In this document: one piece after another, positions 51,376 to 63,090 of the stretch
How positions within the stretch are numbered: position 1 is the first letter of the stretch
Layout of the letters: each line of letters begins with the position of its first letter
Assembly (NCBI GenBank): GCA_963704205.1
Contig: CAVPHN010000023.1
Span: forward strand, 1-64,000
Source of the DNA: an uncultured delta proteobacterium
GTDB taxonomy: Bacteria; Desulfobacterota; Desulfobacteria; Desulfobacterales; Desulfatirhabdiaceae
Direction: 5' to 3'
DNA length: 64,000 nt
The notes under the pieces: generated by a model
What the model was told of the DNA's origin: nothing
The model's database searches: none
What the model saw: only the letters and a program-made list of their open reading frames with translations
Position numbers and translations under genes: made by a program

Positions 51376-53213
51376 CTATGAAGCAACGGAAGAAATGATT
51401 TCTGTGGTAAATTCTTCGAGGTTCGTCGGCAGGTTGAAAAAGACGATCATAAACGGTATCGTTGCGCCGGGTAAGACTTTCTGGTTGATGCGATTGTCGC
51501 CGGAACGGTTCTGAAGTCGCTGCTGGAGCGTGGTTGCATCTGCATTGGCCAGATCCAAGTCCGAAAGAATATTGCCGCAGAACACGGTTTCCGTTTTTAC
51601 AAGAGCTTTATCCTTGGTATAGAGTTTTCCAGCGATCTGGATAGAGCCGCGGGCAGTCGGATATTCGTTTTTAACCTTGCCGGTGATGACAAAGAGTTTT
51701 CCGATTTTATCATTATCAACAAATTTGCTGCTGATATCAAAGGACTTGATATTGAGATTTCCCGGATCAGAGACCTTGGAAGGGGCTTGCTGGCTGATAA
51801 ACGGAATGGAAATTCCCATGGAGTTCAGCAGCATATATCCGCCATAACTCACCGCGGCAATCACGGCCATGATAAGCGCAATCAGAATCAGGGGGCTGAT
51901 TCCTTTTTTGGGTGCCGGACGCGTGTCGTTCTGCTCTTCGTCAATATCCGCACCGATGGAAGAGTTCATTTCCTTGTCTTCAGATACGGTCGTCCAGGCT
52001 GAAGGTTTCAGGCTGCAGGACAGGTTCGGCAGGGGGTTCAGGAATTTCGGATAAATGGGGTTGGAACGATTCTTTGATTTCCAGCAGGGTGGCGGATTCC
52101 GAGTCATCCTTATCCAGTTGAAGTTCATCAAATGTCAGATACTGATCTTCCATTTCCAGCGGTTCATCGGTTTCTGTTGATGAAGCCGGCAGGGGAAAGA
52201 TGATCGAATCAGCGCGCTGGAAGTTTTCATCGCCATCATTTAAGGCGCTTGCGTTGACCTCCTGCTTTTCTATAAGACTTTCTATGTCTGACAGATCCAG
52301 TGTTTCAATGTCGTTGAAGCCGATGAGCGTATCTTCAGAAAACGGCGCATCTTCTGATGCTTGATCTGTTTTGATTTCCGAATCAGCAGCCTCTTTTTTC
52401 TGGTCAGCGGCTGTTTTCGATTCGGCAGAAGAAACGAGTGAGATATCGGAAAAATCCATTTCAAGTGTATTTTTCAAAATCGTCTATCGACAAATCTTGG
52501 GGTTTCGGGCTCAGAAAAGTCCAATTTTGTTTCGGTTTCGAGATTCACACCTGGAACTTGATCTCATCAAGGTCAAAGGATTCATCGAGTGAAATATCGG
52601 AAAAAACCTGTTCAAATGTTTCATCTGTTTTGTCGGAGAGAAGATCTGAATCCTCTGTTTCGATAAGATCAGGCGTTTCCAAATCAGAGCTGGGTTCATC
52701 CTGTCCGTCCTTGATTTCAGGCAGATCCAGTGAAATTTCAAAAAGGTCGGATTCCACCGCTTGTCCGATGCTTCAGAGAAATCAAGCGGGCCTGATGGTT
52801 CACCGGAAGATAGAAAGGACGCCTCCGGAAGCTGATCCTCTTGAAGATTCGAGAATGCGTCCTCTGATTTGTCCTTGTTATCTTCCTGCAGTAATTTATC
52901 GAGTTCTGAAAAATCGAATTCGGCAATATCCTTAAAATCCCCAGGCAAAGCAGATGTTTCAGGCGAATGACCTGAGACTGCGAGCGCCGGGTTCATCCAG
53001 TGCAGGCATTTGAAAAAGGGGCGGAGAAAGAGAAAATTCAGGGGATTTATCAGAAAGTTCTACGGGCAGCGGTGGAGAAATATCCTCGGGAACGAAAGGG
53101 AAAACCTTGAAAACCTTATGGCATTTCGAACATCGTACTTTTGAACCGGATGGTTTAATGAGTTCATCGTTCAGGTTAAAGGTTGTAAAACACGCTTCAC
53201 AGGTTACGATCAT
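51376..53213 (-). CDS. MJ0042-type zinc-ribbon / acidic-repeat / TM / DUF3426 protein (at least 2 frameshifts in the repeat region)
   Basis: N-terminal zinc ribbon (MIVTCEACFTTFNLNDELIKPSGSKVRCSKCHKVFKV). Long acidic region with degenerate D-[LF]-S-[DE]-I/L repeats spread over three ORFs (52511..52996, 51980..52477, 52545..52757). TM helix (ISPLILIALIMAVIAAVSYGGY) and DUF3426-like C-terminal domain in ORF 51376..52131. Confidence 0.55.
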
Positions 53214-53756
53214 GACATTTGCCTCGCTGCTTATAATTTTAAGATGATAGATGCCCGGTAATCCCCTGTAGTTTTCTGCGTAATCCAGGCCATATCCAAC
53301 CAGAAATCCTTCATGGGTGGTGTGACAGGTATAGTCAACCCGGATATCCGCCTCCCGTCTTTCATATTTATCGATAAAAGAACATATCTTGACGGATGCA
53401 GGCCCCTGCGAGAAAAAATATTTCTGAATACAGGACAAGGTCAGACCGGTGTCGACAATATCTTCAACAAGCAGGAGATGCTTGTCCCTCACATCAATCT
53501 GAACCGTATGGGTCAAGGTAACCGTGCCGGATGAAGACATGGCGTCGCCATAACTGGATGCACGGACAAAATCGATCTGAGCCGGAATTGAAAGATGTCT
53601 GAGCAGATCCGAAAGGAAAATGAAAGCCCCTTTCAGAACGCCAATGAGCAGCAACTCTTTTCCCGCATAATCCCTGGAAATTATACCGGCAATATCAATG
53701 ATTTTTTGTTGAATTTCTTCTTTGGTCAGGATGGGAACAAGCTCTGGAGTCGTCAT
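53214..53756 (-). CDS. hpt: Hypoxanthine phosphoribosyltransferase
   Basis: PRPP-binding motif (LLLVEDIVDTGLTL) and HPRT-like flanks. As read, the ORF runs without a stop into the next gene. A TGA overlapping the downstream ATG (ATGA) is in the -1 frame, so a C-terminal indel is suspected. Confidence 0.8.
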
Positions 53757-53758
53757 TA

Positions 53759-54677
53759 TTACAAACCGGTTTCCGCCAATTGTTCAATCAGCTTTTTTTG
53801 TTCCTTGGTTAAATGTTTCGGCATCTGAACATCGATCTGCACATACAGATCCCCCCTGATTTCTTCATTCATAAAGGGAAGGCCGTTGCCGGACGAGCCT
53901 CATCTGCGTTTTGTGCTTGACCCCTGCAGGGATTTTGAGGCCGAGTTCTTTCCCGTCAATTGTGGGAATGGGCAGCGTGATACCCAATATCGCCTCGGTA
54001 AGTTTGATGCTGCGCTTGATGTATAAGTCCTGGCCCTTGACATCAAACATCGGATCATCAAGGATTTTGGCTTTTATGTATAAATCGCCGGCAGGTCCGC
54101 CGTAAGGACCGGGTTCGCCTTTGCCGGATATCCGCAGTTTTTTGCCGGTAATCAATCCTTTGGGAATTTTGACCGTTAAGTTCTCTGACTGGGGGCCATG
54201 CTGGAAGCTGACCTGTTTGCTGGCACCCGAAACCACTTCCTGGAGCGTGAGCGGCAGTTCATATACAAGATCCGATCCTCTTATCGGTGATTGCTGGCCG
54301 GTAAAATTTCCAAAAGGAGATCCACCGCCAAAAGAGAATTTTCTCCCGCCCCCTTTTCTTCCCGCGGAAAAACCAGCGCCTCCAAGCCCGAATCCGCGCA
54401 GGATATCTTCCATGTCAAAACCCCTGAAAATATCTTCCTGAGAGTATCGCTGCTGGAATCCACTGGAGCCGAAGGTGTCATACTGCTGGCGTTTTTCCTT
54501 GTCGCTTAACACGGCATAGGCTTCGCTGACCTGCTTGAATTTCTCCTCGGCGGCTTTGTCTTCCTTGGCATGGTCCGGATGGTACTTCATCGCAAGTTTG
54601 CGATACGCTTTTTTGATTTCGTCTTCGGTTGCGCTCTTGTTGACGCCTAATGCTTTATAATAATCTGTTTCAGCCAT
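53759..54677 (-). CDS. cbpA: DnaJ-domain co-chaperone lacking the Zn-finger (CbpA-type), frameshift near 53880
   Basis: J-domain ([31 protein letters not shown]). G/F-rich linker. C-terminal domains but no CxxCxGxG repeats. The last 40 aa (…[37 protein letters not shown]) are in another frame. Confidence 0.75.
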
Positions 54678-54830
54678 CGTACAATCCTTGATGGTAATTC
54701 GAATGAACGGCTTGCCTGTTTAGATGAGCAATTCTGATTGCTGGAGAAGGCTAAAAACGAGTCATTTCCCGCAACTGCATATTTCATTTTTAACAATAAG
54801 TTTAAAGCTGTAACATGTCAAGAATATTAG

Positions 54831-56722
54831 TCAAGCAGTAATATCCGCATGTCTGTCAAACACTTTTATCGCAATCATCAATACGGAAATGGCCGAAGGT
54901 GTCATGCCGTCAATCCGGGAAGCCTGGCCCAGAGATGCGGGTTTGACCGCAGCAAGTTTTTCTTTCAGTTCATTGGAAAGCCCGTGAATGTCGGCATAAT
55001 TCAAGGATTCCGGAATTTTCATGCGCTCCAGATTTCTGAATTTGTCGATTTCCCGGTATTGACGCTGGATATAGCCTTCATACTTGATTTCAATTTCAAC
55101 CTGCTGGCTGATTTTAAAAGACAGGGGTTGTGCGTGCAGGGGCCAGAGTTTCCACAACCCGGTAGTCCAGTTCCGCCCGTTTCAGCAGATGATCCAGATG
55201 GATTCCGTTATCAATGGGTTTTGTTCCCTGTTCACTCAGATAGGCGTTGACGCTGTCCGTTGGTTTGATGACCGTTGTCTTGACGCGTTGAATCTCATTT
55301 TCAATTTCTTTTTTTCGCTCTTTGATATCTGTCAGGGTATTTCGGTCAATGAGCCCGAGTTCAAAGCCGGTTTCCATCAGACGCAGATCGGCATTGTCTT
55401 CGCGAAGCATCAGGCGGTATTCTGCCCGGGATGTGAACATGCGGTAGGGCTCTCGGGTTCCCCGGGTGACCAGATCGTCAATCATCACACCCATGTATGC
55501 CTGGGAGCGGTCCAAAATAAACGGCGGCCTTTTTTGAATTCTACAGGCGGCATTGATGCCGGCCCATAGCCCCTGGGCAGCCGCCTCTTCGTATCCGGAT
55601 GTTCCGTTTATCTGACCGGCCAGATAAAGACCTGAATACAATTTTGTTTCCAGCGTGGGTTTCAATTGAATCGGATTGACATAATCGTATTCAATTGCAT
55701 ATGCCGGCCGCATGATTTCGGCATTCTCAAGCCCGTCCACAGAGCGGACGACTTCAATCTGTACTTCCAGGGGAAGGCTGTTTCCGAGGCCGCTGGCATA
55801 AATTTCTTCGGTCTCCAGTCCTTCTGCCTCCAGAATGACATGATGCCGGTCTCTTTCGGGAAATTTTACCACCTTGTCTTCAAAAGACGGGCAGTATCTG
55901 GCGGAAACTCCCTGAATGACGCCCCCGTAAAGCGCTGAACGGCCGATGTTGTTCTGAACAATCTGATGGCACCGTGAATTGGTGTATCCCATAAAGCTTT
56001 CAACCTGAGGCAGAGAAATGTTTCTGGAAAAATATGAAAACAGTTTCGGATTTTCTTCAGAGCCCTGGGCCGTAAATTTTGAAAAATCGATGCTGGATTT
56101 TTTCAGGCGCGGAGGGGTTCCGGTTTTCATCCGGCCGAGGGCAAAGCCCAGGGTTCTCAGATGTTCCGGAAGGCTGTAGGAGGCAAATTCACCGGCCCTT
56201 CCTGCCTGCATGGACCGAAATCCAACGTGAACCAAGCCGCTCAGAAAGGTTCCGGTCGCCAGAATCACACACGGAGGCGCTATATCCAAAGCCGGTGTGA
56301 TCTTCAATCCCCACAACAGCGTTGCCTTCAATCACCAGACGTTCCACCATGGCCTGCTTCAGATCCAGGTTCGGCTGGCGCTCAACAACGGATTTCATCA
56401 GGGTATGGTACCGGTTTTTGTCATTCTGGGTTCGGGAAGAGTGAACCGCAGGGCCTTTCTTGGTATTTAATGTCCGGTACTGGATGGCGGTTTGATCTGC
56501 AATTCTGGCCATTTCTCCGCCGATTGCATCGATTTCCTTGACAAGCTGACCCTTGGCCATTCCGCCGATTGAAGGGCTGCAGGGCATGGTTGCAACCTTA
56601 TCCAGATCAATTGCCAGCAGCAGAACCGCGCACCCCATTCGCGCCGCAGCCAGAGCCGCTTCACAGCCGGCATGTCCTGCGCCCACCACAATAATATCGT
56701 AATGTTTTGTATAGAAAACCAT
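54831..56722 (-). CDS. mnmG: tRNA uridine-5-carboxymethylaminomethyl modification enzyme MnmG (GidA), 2 frameshifts
   Basis: FAD motif ([23 protein letters not shown]) in ORF 56189..56767. Central domain in ORF 55114..56331. C-terminal helical domain in ORF 54831..55157. Together they give an MnmG of about 630 aa. Confidence 0.85.
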
Positions 56723-56759
56723 TGGTAAAAGCCCTTTGGTATGATAAAAAAAGCAGGTT

Positions 56760-57646
56760 ATGGACAAACGCTATACCGACTACAACTCCTATCTGCGACA
56801 GATCTTCGGATGCAGGGTCCAGAAAATCTCGATTGACGCCGGCATGTCCTGCCCCAATCGGGACGGTCGAACCGGTACGGGCGGCTGCATTTATTGCAAT
56901 GCCAGGGGATCCGGTACGGGCGCGTTTGCTCAAGGGGTTTCGGTTGCTGAACAGATTGTCCGCAGCAAGGCGTTGATGGCAAAGCGATACAAGGCCACAA
57001 AGTATATAGCCTATTTCCAGTCTTTTTCCAATACCTATGCGCCGGTTTCTGTTTTAAAACAGCCTCTATGACGCGGCGCTGACGGTTCCGGGGGTTGTGG
57101 GACTTGCCATCGGAACCCGGCCGGACTGCGTGGATGCGTCGATCCTCGACCTGCTTGAAAGTTATGCGGATGCATTATCTGGTATGGATTGAATACGGTC
57201 TTCAGTCCGCACACGACCAAACCCTGCAGCGGATTAACCGGGGGCATGACTTCGAGTGTTTTCAAAAAGCCGTGTCATTGACCCGAGACCGGGGAATAAA
57301 TATCTGTACCCATTTGATTCTGGGGCTTCCCGGAGAAACCCGGAAGATGATGCTGAATACCGCCAGAACCATTGCCGCTATGGGGATTGACGGCGTCAAG
57401 CTGCATCTGTTGTATGTCGTCAAGGGAACGGCTCTTGAAACCCTTTACCGGCAGGGGGATTACCGCTGTCTGGAGCAGCAGGAATATGTGGATATTGTCT
57501 GCGATGTTCTGGAGCTGCTTCCCCGGGAAATGGTCATTCAGAGATTGACCGGAGATCCCCATCCCGAAGAGCTGGTCGCGCCTTTCTGGTCTCTGGCAAA
57601 AATCTCAAACCTTATCCATGATAGCGGAAACGCTCAAAAACCGTGA
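56760..57646 (+). CDS. Radical SAM protein, TIGR01212 (YhcC-like) family (frameshift near 57040-57130)
   Basis: N-terminal signature (KISIDAGMSCPNRDGRTGTGGCIYCN). The C-terminal two-thirds are in ORF 57095..57646. Confidence 0.7.
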
Positions 57647-57794
57647 CTCCTGGCAGGGCAAAAATGCCTGACAGCTTGGCATTCACGCTTATTTTGAGCA
57701 ATAACAACTTCCCTTTTGGCACCTCTTTTCAAAGGAGGGATTATTTGCGCCAATGTCATTAATAACAGTCTTATTTTAGAAATGAAGGAAAACG

Positions 57795-59376
57795 ATGCTG
57801 ATTACAGAAATACTGGCCAGAAACGCCCGAATGTATGGGGCGGAAACCGCATTGATCGAGCGGGAACCGGCGAAAAACCGCAGGGTGGAAATCACCTGGA
57901 AAGAATTTGATGACTGCTCCAATCGCATTGCCCGGGCCCTGATCAGTCGCGGCATCCGCAAAGGCGATAAAGTCGTTCAACTCATGACCAATTGCATTGA
58001 ATGGCTTCCGATCTATTTTGGCATCCTGCGCACCGGCGCATGGGTTGTTCCGCTGAATTTCCGCTTTGACGCCGCCACCATTCTGCAGTGTGCTGAAACC
58101 GCGGAGGCCAGGGCTTTTATATTTGGCTCCTGAATTCATCGAGCGGGTTGAAACCATCAAGTCAAAAATGGATTCATTCCTTGACATTTACTGGTTTGTC
58201 GGGGACGCGTCGATCCGGCCCGGCCTATGCAGAGCCTTATCCGGATGTGATCGCACCTTTTGCACCCGAAGACCCGGCAATCGCGATCCACTTGACCGAC
58301 GAGGCCGGGCTTTATTTTACATCCGGCACAACGGGCGCACCCAAGGCAACGCTGCTGACCCATCGAAATCTGGAGTTTGCCTGCGTGGTTGAAAATCACC
58401 ACCATCACCAGACCCATTTCGATAATTTTCTCTGTCTTCCTCCTCTGTATCATACCGGCGCCAAGATGCACTGGTTCGGAAATTTTATTGTCGGCGCAAA
58501 GGCGGTGATTTTAAAAGGCGTTGAACCCCGGCAGATTATTCAGGTGATTTCCGAAGAAAATGTGACCATTGTCTGGTTACTGGTTCCCTGGGCACTGGAT
58601 ATCTTGTTTGCCGTCGAAAGCGGCGAGATCAAACTGAAGAATTATCAGCTGAATCAGTGGCGGCTGATGCATATCGGCGCCCAGCCGGTTCCGCCCAGCC
58701 TGATCCGGGAATGGAAAAAAGTCTTTCCCCGAACATGAATATGATACCAATTACGGACTGACGGAGTCCACAGGGCCCGGCTGCGTGCATCTTGGGGTGG
58801 AAAACATGCACAAGGTCGGCGCCATCGGCCGGCCGGGTTTTGACTGGGAATACAAAATCGTTGATGTCAATCTCAACCCAGTTGAAAAAGGAAATCCCGG
58901 AGAGCTCATGATCAAGGGGCCCGGGGGTGATGAAGGAATACTATCGCAATCCGGAGGCAACACAAAGCGTGCTGATTAACGGATGGCTCATGACCGGGGA
59001 TATTGCCAGAGAGGATGAAGAGGGGTTTATCTGGCTGGTGGACCGGAAAAAAGATGTGATCATTACCGGCGGTGAAAACATTTATCCGGTAGAAATCGAA
59101 GACTGGCTTCAATCTCATCCCAAAGTTCAGGACGTTGCGGTCATCGGTCTTCCCAGTTTTCGCCTGGGAGAGATTGCAACCGCAATTGTTCAGGTAAAGC
59201 CGGGTCAGGATCTGACCAAGGATGAAATCAATGCATTCTGCAACAATCTTCCCCGGTACAAAAGACCCCGAAAGATTATTTTTGCAGAGGTTCCACGAAA
59301 TCCTACCGGAAAGATCGAAAAGCCAAAACTGCGGAAAACATATGCCGGAACTGCGGAAAGCTTCAAGATTGAATAA
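57795..59376 (+). pseudogene. AMP-dependent acyl-CoA synthetase/ligase, disrupted by at least 4 frameshifts
   Basis: Fragments in ORFs 57795..58133, 58148..58738, 58785..58979 and 58927..59376. They carry the AMP-binding motif (YFTSGTTGAPKAT), YDTNYGLTES, GWLMTGDIA and VIITGGENIYPVEIE. Confidence 0.65.
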
Positions 59377-59515
59377 GGTGGCTGTAAAAAGAATATCTGC
59401 GTTGAGCTTCATCCTGCATTGCAGCGTACATGAAGCCGCAATGACAAAGGATTTGCTTGCCATAACCTTGGCAGTGAACCGGTCTTTACGTCAACTTCAG
59501 CAGCTCTGCAGATGG

Positions 59516-61454
59516 TTATTTTTTTTCTTTGACTTCCTCAAAATCCGCGTCCACCACATCATCATCAGACGGTTTTTTTGACGAAGTTCCCTCTGATCCG
59601 GGACCGCCCGCGTTTCCTGCTCCGTTTTCGGAAGGGTCGCCGGACTGGGACGCTTTCTGATACATGGCTTCGGCAATCTTGTGAGATGCCTGCATGAGCT
59701 GATCGGTCAGGCGCTTGATCTGTTCGATGTCGTCGCTTTCCATCGCCTTTTTAAGCGGCGTGACCGCTGCTTCCACCTGGCCGCGGGTTGCGCCGTCCAC
59801 TTTATCCCCCAGATCCTTCATGGACTTCTCTGTTGAATAGATCAGCGTGTCCGCGGCATTTCGCGCCTCGACCAGTTCTTTTTTCTTCTTGTCTTCTTCG
59901 GCATGCAGTTCGGCATCCCGGATGAGCTTATCGATTTCATCCTTATTCAGCCCGCTGGAGGCGGTAATCTTGATGGACTGTTCCTTGCCGGTTCCCATAT
60001 CTTTTGCGGAAACATTCACGATGCCGTTGGCGTCAATGTCAAAGGTCACTTCGACCTGCGGCACGCCGCGCGGGGCCGGCGGAATTCCGACCAGCTCAAA
60101 ACGGCCCAGGGTTTTGTTCCCGTTTGCCATTTCCCGTTCGCCCTGAAGCACATGAATGGAAACCGCGGGCTGGTTGTCCGCGGCTGTTGAGAACACCTGG
60201 CTTTTTTTGGTTGGGATGGTGGTGTTCTTTTCAATCAACCGGGTCATCACACCGCCAAGCGTTTCAATGCCGAGTGACAGCGGCGTCACATCCAGAAGCA
60301 GAACATCCTTGACGTCTCCGCCCAGAACCCCGCCTTGAATGGCAGCTCCGATGGCGACAACCTCATCCGGGTTGACGCCTCTGTGGGGTTCCTTGCCGAA
60401 AATACGTTTGACCCGATCCTGAACCGCGGGCATGCGGGTCATACCGCCGACCAGAACCACTTCCTGAATGTCGCTGGGGGTCATGCCGGCATCTTTCAGT
60501 GCCATTCGGCACGGACCTTCAAGGTTGTCCAGCAGGTCCGAAACCAGGGCTTCCAGTTTTGCACGGGTGATCCGGAGATTCAGGTGCTTGGGGCCATTGG
60601 CGTCCGCAGTGATAAAGGGCAGGTTGACATCGGTTTCCATGGAGGTCGAAAGCTCCATTTTGGCTTTTTCCGCCGCCTCTTTCAGGCGTTGAAGGGCCAT
60701 TTTATCGTTTCGAATGTCTATTCCCTGTTCTTTTTTAAATTCGCTGGCCAGATATTCAATCAGCCGAAGGTCAAAGTCCTCGCCGCCAAGATGGGTGTCG
60801 CCGTTTGTGGATTTGACTTCAAATACACCTTCGCCGATCTCCAGAATGGATACGTCAAATGTTCCGCCGCCCAGGTCAAAAACCGCAATTTTTTCTTCTT
60901 TTTTCTTGTCCAGTCCATAAGCCAGCGATGCCGCAGTCGGCTCGTTGATGATGCGAAGCACATTCAGGCCGGCATATTTTCCCGGCGTCTTTTGTTGCCT
61001 GGCGCTGGCTGTCATTAAAATAAGCCGGAACCGTAATGACGGCATCCGTAACGGGTTCTCCCAGATAATCTTCGGCGGTCTTCTTGATATTGGCCAGAAT
61101 ATAGGAAGAAATTTCCGCCGGGCTCAGATTCTTGTCCCGAAGACTAATGCGGATATCGCCGTTGCCGGCTTCTTCCAGTTTGTAGGGAAGAACTTTGATG
61201 TCTCTTTGCACTTCCGGGGTCTGAAATTTACGGCCAATCAGCCGTTTGACAGCAAAAACGGTATTTTCCGGATTGGTAATGGCCTGACGCTTGGCAATCT
61301 GGCCGACAAGACGTTCTCCGCTTTCTGAAATCGCCACAATCGATGGTGTGGTTCGACCGCCTTCAGCATTTGTCAATACCTTGGCTTCGCCCCCTTCCAT
61401 GATGGCTACGCAGGAGTTGGTGGTTCCTAAATCAATTCCAATAATTTTGCCCAT
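59516..61454 (-). CDS. dnaK: Molecular chaperone DnaK (Hsp70), frameshift near 60950-61040
   Basis: N-terminal region ([19 protein letters not shown]) in ORF 60876..61454. The remaining 509 aa are in ORF 59516..61045 (…[18 protein letters not shown]…, substrate-binding and lid domains, acidic C-terminus). Confidence 0.9.
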
Positions 61455-61544
61455 GGGTAATCCTCCTTGGATATATAAAAGAAAATATCTTTAACGGTAT
61501 GTATTGCAGCCGGGACAAATGATGTCTCGGCTGCCGTATGGTTG

Positions 61545-62141
61545 TTAGTCAGTTTTATCAGGCCCTTTGGAGACCACCACCATGGAAGGCCGCAAAAGCC
61601 TGTCATGAAGCAGGTATCCTTTCTGAAACTCGCGGATAATGATGTTTTCAGGGTATAAATCCGATGCTTCCTGCATCATGGCCTGGTGAAAATTGGGATC
61701 AAAGGGTTTTCCGACAGCTTCAATGAGTTTGACTGAAAATTTCTCAAAAATCTTCAGAAGGGCCTTCAGGGTCATCTCAACACCTTCGATGACGCATCCG
61801 GCTGCGTTATTTCCGCTGCCGGTGGATTGAATGGCGCGTTCCAGATTGTCCACGACCGAAAGCAGCTCCAGAAGCAGCAGTTCGTTGGAATATTTTCTGA
61901 AATCATCAGCCTCTCTGAAAGAGCGTTTCTTGAAATTCTCGAAATCGGCAGAGACCCTGAGCATACGTTCATAATGTCTGCCTTGACTCCTGCTCCGCAG
62001 TTTCGCATCGTTTTTCCAGTTCCTTGACAGGATCGCAAACAGATTCGATTTCGACAGATTGTTCATCAGCAGGGGGTTGGAGGGTATCCGCTTCGGGATG
62101 TGATATTTCAGTTTTTATTTGAGAGGATTTGGTTTTGCTCA
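61545..62141 (-). CDS. grpE: Nucleotide exchange factor GrpE (frameshift near 62000)
   Basis: GrpE signature (…RVSADFENFKKRS…) and C-terminal beta-domain in ORF 61545..62066. The N-terminal approximately 45 aa (MSKTKSSQIKTE...) are in another frame starting at the ATG at 62141, which has an AAGGAG SD. Confidence 0.75.
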
Positions 62142-62287
62142 TGTTCCAGAAGGATCTCCTTAGTTCTTTATAAAATTCTTTCTGATTTTTAATAACTGCC
62201 TGATGATGATTCGGTTGTCTGAAAAATAATACTGGTACGACTGATGTCAAGACCAGTTTAGAAAGACAATTGCCAGATTTCAATCGA

Positions 62288-62992
62288 TCAAACGGTCTGT
62301 TCAAGATTTTTCACGGCAAAGTCCCAGTTGACGAGATGCTCCAAGAACGCCCGGACATAGTCGGCCCTTCGATTCTGATAGTCCAGATAATAGGCGTGCT
62401 CCCACACATCAAGGGTTAAAATGGGGATCATTCGCTTGGCAATCGGTGTATCGGCATTGCCGGTGTTGATCACCTTTAATTGATTGGCGTCCTTTACCAG
62501 CCAGGTCCAGCCGCTGCCGAACTGGGATGCGGCGGATTCTGAAAATATTTTGACAAACGCATCAAAAGTTCCAAAAGATTGCTCAATGGCCTGGTGGATT
62601 TTCCCCTGGGGACTGCCACCGCCATTTGGTTTCATGCTTTCCCAATAAAAATTATGGTTAAAAAGCTGAGCTGCATTGTTGTAGGTAGAAACAAGTTCAG
62701 TATTTCCATGCGTTTTTTGAATGATATCCTTTAGCGGCAATTTCGCCAGCTTCGTTCCATTAATCAGTTTCAAGGTATTGGCTGCATACCCCTGATGGTG
62801 CTTGGTATAATGGAATTCGACGGTGCGGGCGGAAATGTAGGGCTCAAGGGCATTTGTATCATAGGGAAGGGGGCTTAAGTTTGATGTCGGATCACCAGCA
62901 TCCGGCTGGCGTGAGCAGCCGATTCCACCCAGTTGTATCATGGCCAATGCACTCAGATAAAACGATGTTTTTAAAAAATCGCGTCTGTCCAT
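62288..62992 (-). CDS. sodB: Fe/Mn superoxide dismutase with twin-arginine (Tat) signal peptide
   Basis: Tat motif (MDRRDFLKTSF…AMIQLG). SOD metal-ligand motifs (HYTKHHQ, DVWEHAYYLDYQNRR). Confidence 0.85.
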   Translation of the reverse strand: MDRRDFLKTSFYLSALAMIQLGGIGCSRQPDAGDPTSNLSPLPYDTNALEPYISARTVEFHYTKHHQGYAANTLKLINGTKLAKLPLKDIIQKTHGNTELVSTYNNAAQLFNHNFYWESMKPNGGGSPQGKIHQAIEQSFGTFDAFVKIFSESAASQFGSGWTWLVKDANQLKVINTGNADTPIAKRMIPILTLDVWEHAYYLDYQNRRADYVRAFLEHLVNWDFAVKNLEQTV

Positions 62993-63090
62993 TTATTTTG
63001 CCTCCTCTGAATTGGATTGGTATTATCATGAAGTGATCCGTAAAACGTAACGGATAGATTTTCAACATGTGGATGCACTGCCACGATGGA

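Noticed and set aside
52100-52950. Possible CRISPR array or DNA tandem repeat
   Set aside because: The repetition is degenerate, in-frame and encodes acidic peptide repeats within a protein. There are no regular direct repeats with unique spacers and no cas genes.
61455-62287. CIRCE/HrcA operator upstream of dnaK and grpE
   Set aside because: No TTAGCACTC-N9-GAGTGCTAA-like element in either leader. Only a hairpin between grpE and dnaK.
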